A DNA stretch of 64,000 nucleotides. It comes from Antedon mediterranea. Taxonomy: Eukaryota > Animalia > Echinodermata. The translations under genes were made by a program, and so were the position numbers. How positions within the stretch are numbered: the stretch's first letter is position 1; every line of letters starts with the position of its first letter. Below the pieces are notes generated by a model. The model worked only from the letters and a program-made list of their open reading frames with translations, was not told where the DNA came from and searched no databases. This document shows, piece by piece, positions 57,801-64,000 of this stretch. Location of the stretch: positions 10,540,001-10,604,000 of the forward strand of contig NC_092680.1 in NCBI RefSeq assembly GCF_964355755.1. Reading direction: 5' to 3'.

Positions 57801-58575
57801 ATCTATTTCTCTGTCGTTGATCTATCTCTCTCTCGCTGATCTGTCTCTCTGTCGCTGATCTATCTCTCTCTCGCTAATCTATCTCTCTGTCGCTGATCTA
57901 TCTCTCTCTCGCTTATCTATCTCTTTCTCGCTGATCTATCTCTCTCTTGCTGATCTATCTCTCTCTTGCTGATCTATCTCTCTCTCTCGCTGATCTATCT
58001 CTCTCTCGCTGATCTATCTCTCTTTCTCGCTGATCTATCTCTCTCTCGCTGATCTATCTCTCTCTCGCTTATCTATCTCTCTCTCGCTGATATATCTCTC
58101 TCTCACTGATCTATCTCTCTCTCGCTGATCTATCTCTCTCTCGCTGATCTATCTCTCTCTCTCTCGCTGATCTATCTGTTTCTCGCTGATCTATCTCTCT
58201 CTCTCGCTGATCTAACTCTCTTTCGCTGATCTATCTCTCTCTCGCTGATCTATCTGTGTCTCGCTGATCTATCTCTCTCTCGCTGATCTATCTGTGTCTC
58301 GCTGATCTATCTCCCTCTCGCTGATCTATCTCTCTCTCGCTGATCTATCTCTCTCTCGCTGATCTATCTGTGTCTCGCTGATATATCTCTCTCTCTCTCG
58401 CTGATCTATCTCTCTCTCGCTGATCTATCTCTCTCGCTGATCTATCTCTCTCTCGCTGATCTATCTCTATCTCGCTGATCTATCTCTCTCTCGCTGATCT
58501 ATCTCTATCTCACTGATCTATCTCTCTCTCGTTGATCTATCTCTCTCTCGCTGATCTATCTCTCTCTCGCTGATC
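51070..58575. repeat. Near-perfect 3748-bp tandem duplication (~51070-54825 and ~54825-58575)
   Basis: Constant offset of 3748 at five markers: CGGATCTATCAC 51093/54841, TCCATCTCAC 51709/55457, CTATGTCGCTTAT 52321/56069, CTTGTTGATC 53521/57269, CTGTTTCTCG 54428/58176. Confidence 0.92.
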
Positions 58576-59899
58576 TACCTCTCTCTCTCGCTGATCTATC
58601 TCTCTCGCTGATCTATCTCTCTCTCTCTCGCTGATCTATCTCTTTCTCGCTGATCTATCTCTCTCTCGCTGATCTATCTCTCTCTCGCTGATATATCTCT
58701 CTCTCGCTGATCTATCTCTCTCTCGCTGATCTATCTCTCTCGCTGATCTATCGCTCTCTCGCTGATCTATCTCTCTCTCTCGCGGATCTATCTCTCTCTC
58801 TCTCTGATCTATCTCTCTCTCGCTGATCTATCCCTCTCTCGCTGATCTATCTCTCTCTCGCTGATCTATCCCTCTCTCCTCGATCTATCTCTCTCTCGCT
58901 GATCTATCTCTCTCTCGCTGATCTATCTCTCTCTCGCTGATCTATCTGTGTCTCGCTGATCTATCTCTCTCTCTCTCGCTGATCTAACTCTCTTTCGCTG
59001 ATCTATCTCTCTCTCTGATCTATCTGTGTCTCGCTGATCTATCTCTCTCTCGCTGATCTATCTGTGTCTCGCTGATCTATCTCCCTCTCGCTGATCTATC
59101 TCTCTCTCGCTGATCTATCTCTCTCTCGCTGATCTATCTGTGTCTCGCTGATATATCCCTCTCTCTCTCTCTCTCGCTGATCTATCTGTGTCTCGCTGAT
59201 ATATCCCTCTCTCTCTCTCTCTCGCTGATCTATCTCTCTCGCTGATCTATCTCTATGTCGCTGATCTATCTCTCTCTCGCTGATCTATCTCTCTGTCGCT
59301 GATCTATCTCTCTCTCGCTGATCTATATCTCTCTCGCTGATCTCTCTCTCTCTCGCTGATCTATCTCTCTCTCGCTGATCTATCTCTCTCTCGCTGATCT
59401 ATCTCTCTCTCGCTGATCTATCTCTCTCTCGCTGATCTATCTCTCTCTCTCTCTCGCTGATCTATCTCTCTCTCGCTGATCTATCTCTCTCTCTCGCTGA
59501 TCTATCTCTCTCTCGCTGATCTATCTCTCTCTCGCTGATCTATCTCTCTCTCGCTGATATATCTCTCTCTCGCTGATCTATCTCTCTCTCCCTGATCTAT
59601 CTCTCTCTCGCTGATCTATCGCTCTCTCGCTGATCTATCTCTCTCTCTCGCTGATCTATCTCTCTCTCGCGGATCTATCACTCTCTCTCTCTCTGATCTA
59701 TCTCTCTCTCGATGATCTATCCCTCTCTCGCTGATCTATCTCTCTCTCGCTGATCAATCCCTCTCTCCTCGATCTATCTCTCTCTCGCTGATCTATCCCT
59801 CTCTCGCTGATCTATCTCTCTCTCGCTGATCTATCTGTGTCTTGCTGATCTATCTCTCTCTTGCTGATCTATCTGTGTCTCGCTGATCTATCTCTCTCT

Positions 59900-62800
59900 C
59901 GCTGATCTAACTCTCTCTCGCTGATCTATCTCTCTCGCTGATCTATCTCTATCTCGCTGATCTATCTCTCTCTCGCTGATCTATCTGTGTCTCGCTGATC
60001 TATCTCTCTATCACTGATCTATCTGTGTCTCGCTGATCTATCTCCCTCTCGCTGATCTATCTCTCTCTCGCTGATCTATCTCTCTCTCGCTGATCTATCT
60101 GTGTCTCGCTGATATATATCTCTCTCTCTCGCTGATCTATCTCTCTCTCGCTGATCCATCTCTCTCGCTGATCTATCTCTCTCTCACTCATCTATCTCTC
60201 TGTCGCTGATCTATCTCTCTGTCGCTGATCTATCTCTCTCTCTCGCTGATCTATATCTCTCTCGCTGATCTATCTCTCTCTCTCGCTGATCTATCTCTCT
60301 CTCGCTGATCTATCTATCTCTCTGTCGCTGATCTATCTCTCTCTCGCTGATCTATCTCTCTGTCGTTGATCTATCTCTCTCTCGCTCATCTATCTCTCTC
60401 TCGCTGATCTATCTCTCTCTCGCTGATCTATCCCTCTCTCCTCGATCTATCTCTCTCTCGCTGATCTATCTCTCTCTCTCGCTGATCTATCTGTGTCTCG
60501 CTGATCTATCTCTCTCTCTCTCTCGCTGATCTAACTCTCTTTCGCTGATCTATCTCTCTCTCTCTGATCTATCTGTGTCTCGCTGATCTATCTCTCTCTC
60601 GCGTATCTATCTGTGTCTCGCTGATCTATCTCCCTCTCGCTGATCTATCTCTCTCTCGCTGATCTATCTCTCTCTCGCTGATCTATCTGTGTCTCGCTGA
60701 TATATCCCTCTCTCTCTCTCTCTCTCGCTGATCTATCTCTCTCGCTGATCTATCTCTCTCGCTGATCTATATCTCTGTCGCTGATCTATCTCTCTCTCGC
60801 TGATCTATCTCTCTGTCGCTGATCTATCTCTCTCTCGCTGATCTATATCTCTCTCGCTGATCTCTCTCTCTCTCGCTGATCTATCTCTCTCTCGCTGATC
60901 TATCTCTCTCTCGCTGATCTATCTCTCTCTCGCTGATCTATCTCTCTCTCGCTGATCTATCTCTCTCTCTCTCTCTCTCTCGCTGATCTATCTCTCTCTC
61001 GCTGATCTATCTCTCTCTCTCGCTGATCTATCTCTCTCTCGCTGATCTATCTCTCTCTCGCTGATCTATCTCTCTCTCGCTGATATATCTCTCTCTCGCT
61101 GATCTATCTCTCTCTCGCTGATCTATCTCTCTAACGCTGATCTATCGCTCTCTCGCTGATCTATCTCTCTCTCTCGCTGATCTATCTCTCTCTCGCGGAT
61201 CTATCACTCTCTCTCTCTGATCTATCTCTCTCTCGCTGATCTATCCCTCTCTCGCTGATCTATCTCTCTCTCGCTGATCTATCCCTCTCTCCTCGATCTA
61301 TCTCTCTCTCGCTGATCTATCCCTCTCTCGCTGATCTATCTCTCTCTCACTGATCTATCTGTGTCTTGCTGATCTATCTCTCTCTTGCTGATCTATCTGT
61401 GTCTCGCTGATCTATCTCTCTCTCGCTGATCTAACTCTCTCTCGCTGATCTATCTTTCTCGCTGATCTATCTCTATCTCGCTGATCTATCTCTATCTCGC
61501 AGATCTATCTCTTTCTCGCTGATCTATCTCTCTCTCGCTGATCTATCTCTCTCTCGCTGATCTATCTGTGTCTCGCTGATCTTTCTCTCTCTCTCGCTGA
61601 TCTAACTCTCTTTCGCTGATCTATCTCTCTCTCGCTGATCTATCTGTGTCTCGCTGATCTATCTCTCTCTCACTGATCTATCTGTGTCTCGCTGATCTAT
61701 CTCCCTCTCGCTGATCTATCTCTCTCTCGCTGATCTATCTCTCTCTCGCTGATCTATCTGTGTCTCGCTGATATATCTCTCTCTCTCTCGCTGATCTATC
61801 TCTCTCTCGCTGATCCATCTCTCTCGCTGATCTATCTCTCTCTCGCTCATCTATCTCTCTCTCGCTCATCTATCTCTCTGTCGCTGATCTATCTCTCTCT
61901 CTCGCTGATCTATATCTCTCTCGCTGATCTATCTCTCTCTCTCGCTGATCTATCTCTCTCTCGCTGATCTATATATCTCTCTGTCGCTGATCTATCTCTC
62001 TCTCGCTGACCTATCTCTCTCTCGCTGATCTATCTCTCTCTCGCTGATCTATCGCTCTCTCGCTGATCTATCTCTCTCTCTCGCTGATCTATCTCTCTCT
62101 CGCGGATCTATCTCTCTCTCTCTCTGATCTATCTCTCTCTCGCTGATCTATCCCTCTCTCGCTGATCTATCTCTCTCTCGCTGATCTATCCCTCTCTTGC
62201 TGATCTATCTCTCTCTCGCTGATCTATCCCTCTCTCGCTGATCTATCTCTCTCTCTCGCTGATCTATCTGTGTCTTGCTGATCTATCTCTCTCTCGCTGA
62301 TCTATCTGTGTCTCGCTGATCTATCTCTCTCTCGCTGATCTAACTCTCTCTCGCTGATCTATCTCTCTCTCGCTGATCTATCTGTGTCTCTCTAATCTTT
62401 ATCTCTCTCGCTGATATCCATCTCTCTGTCGCTTATCTATCTCTCTCTCGCTTATCTATCTCTATCTCGCTGATCTATCTCTCTCTCTCGCTGATCTATC
62501 TCTCTTTCGCTGATCTATCTCTCTGTCGCTGATCTATCTCTCTCTCGCTGATCTATTTCTCTGTCGTTGATCTATCTCTCTCTCGCTGATCTGTCTCTCT
62601 GTCGCTGATCTATCTCTCTCTCCCTAATCTATCTCTCTGTCGCTGATCTATCTCTCTCTCGCTTATCTATCTCTTTCTCGCTGATCTATCTCTCTCTTGC
62701 TGATCTATCTCTCTCTTGCTGATCTATCTCTCTCTCTCGCTGATCTATCTCTCTCTCGCTGATCTATCTCTCTTTCTCGCTGATCTATCTCTCTCTCGCT

Positions 62801-64000
62801 GATCTATCTCTCTCTCGCTTATCTATCTCTCTCTCACTGATATATCTCTCTCTCACTGATCTATCTCTCTCTCGCTGATCTATCTCTCTCTCGCTGATCT
62901 ATCTCTCTCTCTCTCGCTGATCTATCTGTGTCTCGCTGATCTATCTCTCTCTCTCGCTGATCTAACTCTCTTTCGCTGATCTATCTCTCTCTCGTTGATC
63001 TATCTGTGTCTCGCTGATCTATCTCTCTCTCGCTGATCTATCTGTGTCTCGCTGATCTATCTCCCTCTCGCTGATCTATCTCTCTCTCGCTGATCTATCT
63101 CTCTCTCGCTGATCTATCTGTGTCTCGCTGATATATCTCTCTCTCTCTCGCTGATCTATCTCTCTCTCGCTGATCTATCTCTCTCGCTGATCTATCTCTC
63201 TCTCGCTGATCTATCTCTATCTCGCTGATCTATCTCTCTCTCGCTGATCTATCTCTATCTCGCTGATCTATCTCTCTCTCGTTGATCTATCTCTCTCTCG
63301 CTGATCTATCTCTCTCTCGCTGATCTACCTCTCTCTCTCGCTGATCTATCTCTCTCGCTGATCTATCTCTCTCTCTCTCACTGATCTATCTCTTTCTCGC
63401 TGATCTATCTCTCTCTCGCTGATCTATCTCTCTCTCGCTGATATATCTCTCTCTCGCTGATCTATCTCTCTCTCGCTGATCTATCTCTCTCGCTGATCTA
63501 TCGCTCTCTCGCTGATCTATCTCTCTCTCTCGCTGATCTATCTCTCTCTCGCGGATCTATCTCTCTCTCTCTCTGATCTATCTCTCTCTCGCTGATCTAT
63601 CCCTCTCTCGCTGATCTATCTCTCTCTCGCTGATCTATCCCTCTCTCCTCGATCTATCTCTCTCTCGCTGATCTATCTCTCTCGCTCTCGCTGATCTATC
63701 TCTCTCTCGCTGATCTATCTGTGTCTCGCTGATCTATCTCTCTCTCTCTCGCTGATCTAACTCTCTTTCGCTGATCTATCTCTCTCTCTGATCTATCTGT
63801 GTCTCGCTGATCTATCTCTCTCTCGCTGATCTATCTGTGTCTCGCTGATCTATCTCCCTCTCGCTGATCTATCTCTCTCTCGCTGATCTATCTCTTTCTC
63901 GCTGATCTATCTGTGTCTCGCTGATATATCCCTCTCTCTCTCTCTCTCGCTGATCTATCTCTCTCGCTGATCTATCTCTCTGTCGCTGATCTATCTCTCT
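59900..64000. repeat. Paralog of ~22070-26170, running off the right window edge
   Basis: Shared markers at offset 37826-37828 (see the 22070-26170 entry). Confidence 0.88.

Larger units (their letters stand above)
1..64000. repeat. Tandem satellite array, 19-bp consensus monomer GCTGATCTATCTCTCTCTC, head-to-tail, single orientation, extends beyond both window ends
   Basis: Seen directly: GCTGATCTAT recurs every 19 nt (e.g. 16501-16640), with 17/21/23-nt variants from TC gain or loss. The consensus is 15/19 pyrimidine and 9/19 GC. No inverted (GA-rich) segment or unique sequence was seen. Confidence 0.99.

Noticed and set aside
1-64000. Protein-coding repeat (Ser/Leu-rich on plus, Arg/Glu-rich on minus)
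   Set aside because: Nearly every monomer has TGA on the plus strand and TAG on the minus strand. The 19-nt period rotates these stops through all three frames about every 57 nt, and ATG is almost absent.
1-64000. CRISPR array or other repeat-spacer system
   Set aside because: There are no unique spacers; the sequence between GCTGATCTAT cores is only a ~9-nt TC tail, and no cas or other genes are present.
1-64000. Telomerase-synthesised long telomeric repeat
   Set aside because: Variants are inherited in multi-kb ordered blocks, which points to recombinational duplication rather than templated addition. There are no G-runs and no chromosome end is visible. A subtelomeric location is not excluded.
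1-64000. Bacterial Dam/SeqA GATC cluster or iteron origin
   Set aside because: GATC density is simply a consequence of the monomer. A gene-free 64 kb satellite is not compatible with a typical prokaryotic or plasmid origin.
1-64000. Pure sequencing artefact such as polymerase stutter or a rolling-circle concatemer
   Set aside because: Rare variants recur in conserved order at many different offsets, with nested and lineage-specific differences. Random noise or a single circular template would not produce this. Individual near-identical duplications may still be misassemblies.
1-64000. Variant order as an information-bearing code
   Set aside because: The ordered patterns are fully explained by mutation followed by duplication; nothing in the sequence indicates a reader or a function.
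1-64000. Nucleosome-length (8 x 19 = 152 bp) periodicity
   Set aside because: No fixed 8-monomer pattern of variants is visible; the number is only an arithmetic coincidence without MNase data.

Overview
The whole 64 kb window is one uninterrupted, single-orientation tandem satellite array. The consensus monomer is the 19-mer GCTGATCTATCTCTCTCTC (minus strand GAGAGAGAGATAGATCAGC), about 3,300 copies estimated from length. Monomers vary by 2-bp changes in the (TC)n tail and by a limited set of point variants. I see no unique sequence, ORF, RNA gene, transposon or CRISPR array; the array runs off both ends and the organism cannot be identified. The informative signal is the order of rare monomer variants, which shows nested higher-order duplications. 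These include a recurring cassette of ordered variant monomers every ~0.2-4 kb (typically 0.6-1.7 kb), tandem duplications of about 273 bp, 1.49 kb, 1.70 kb, 3.75 kb and 8.0 kb, and long-range paralogies at offsets of about 25.3/23.3 kb and 37.8 kb. Two variant-defined subfamilies alternate A-B-A-B. This resembles eukaryotic heterochromatic or (peri)centromeric satellite, which is inference. All offsets were read by eye from marker motifs, and boundaries are approximate (tens of bp). I found no evidence of a novel gene-encoded system.
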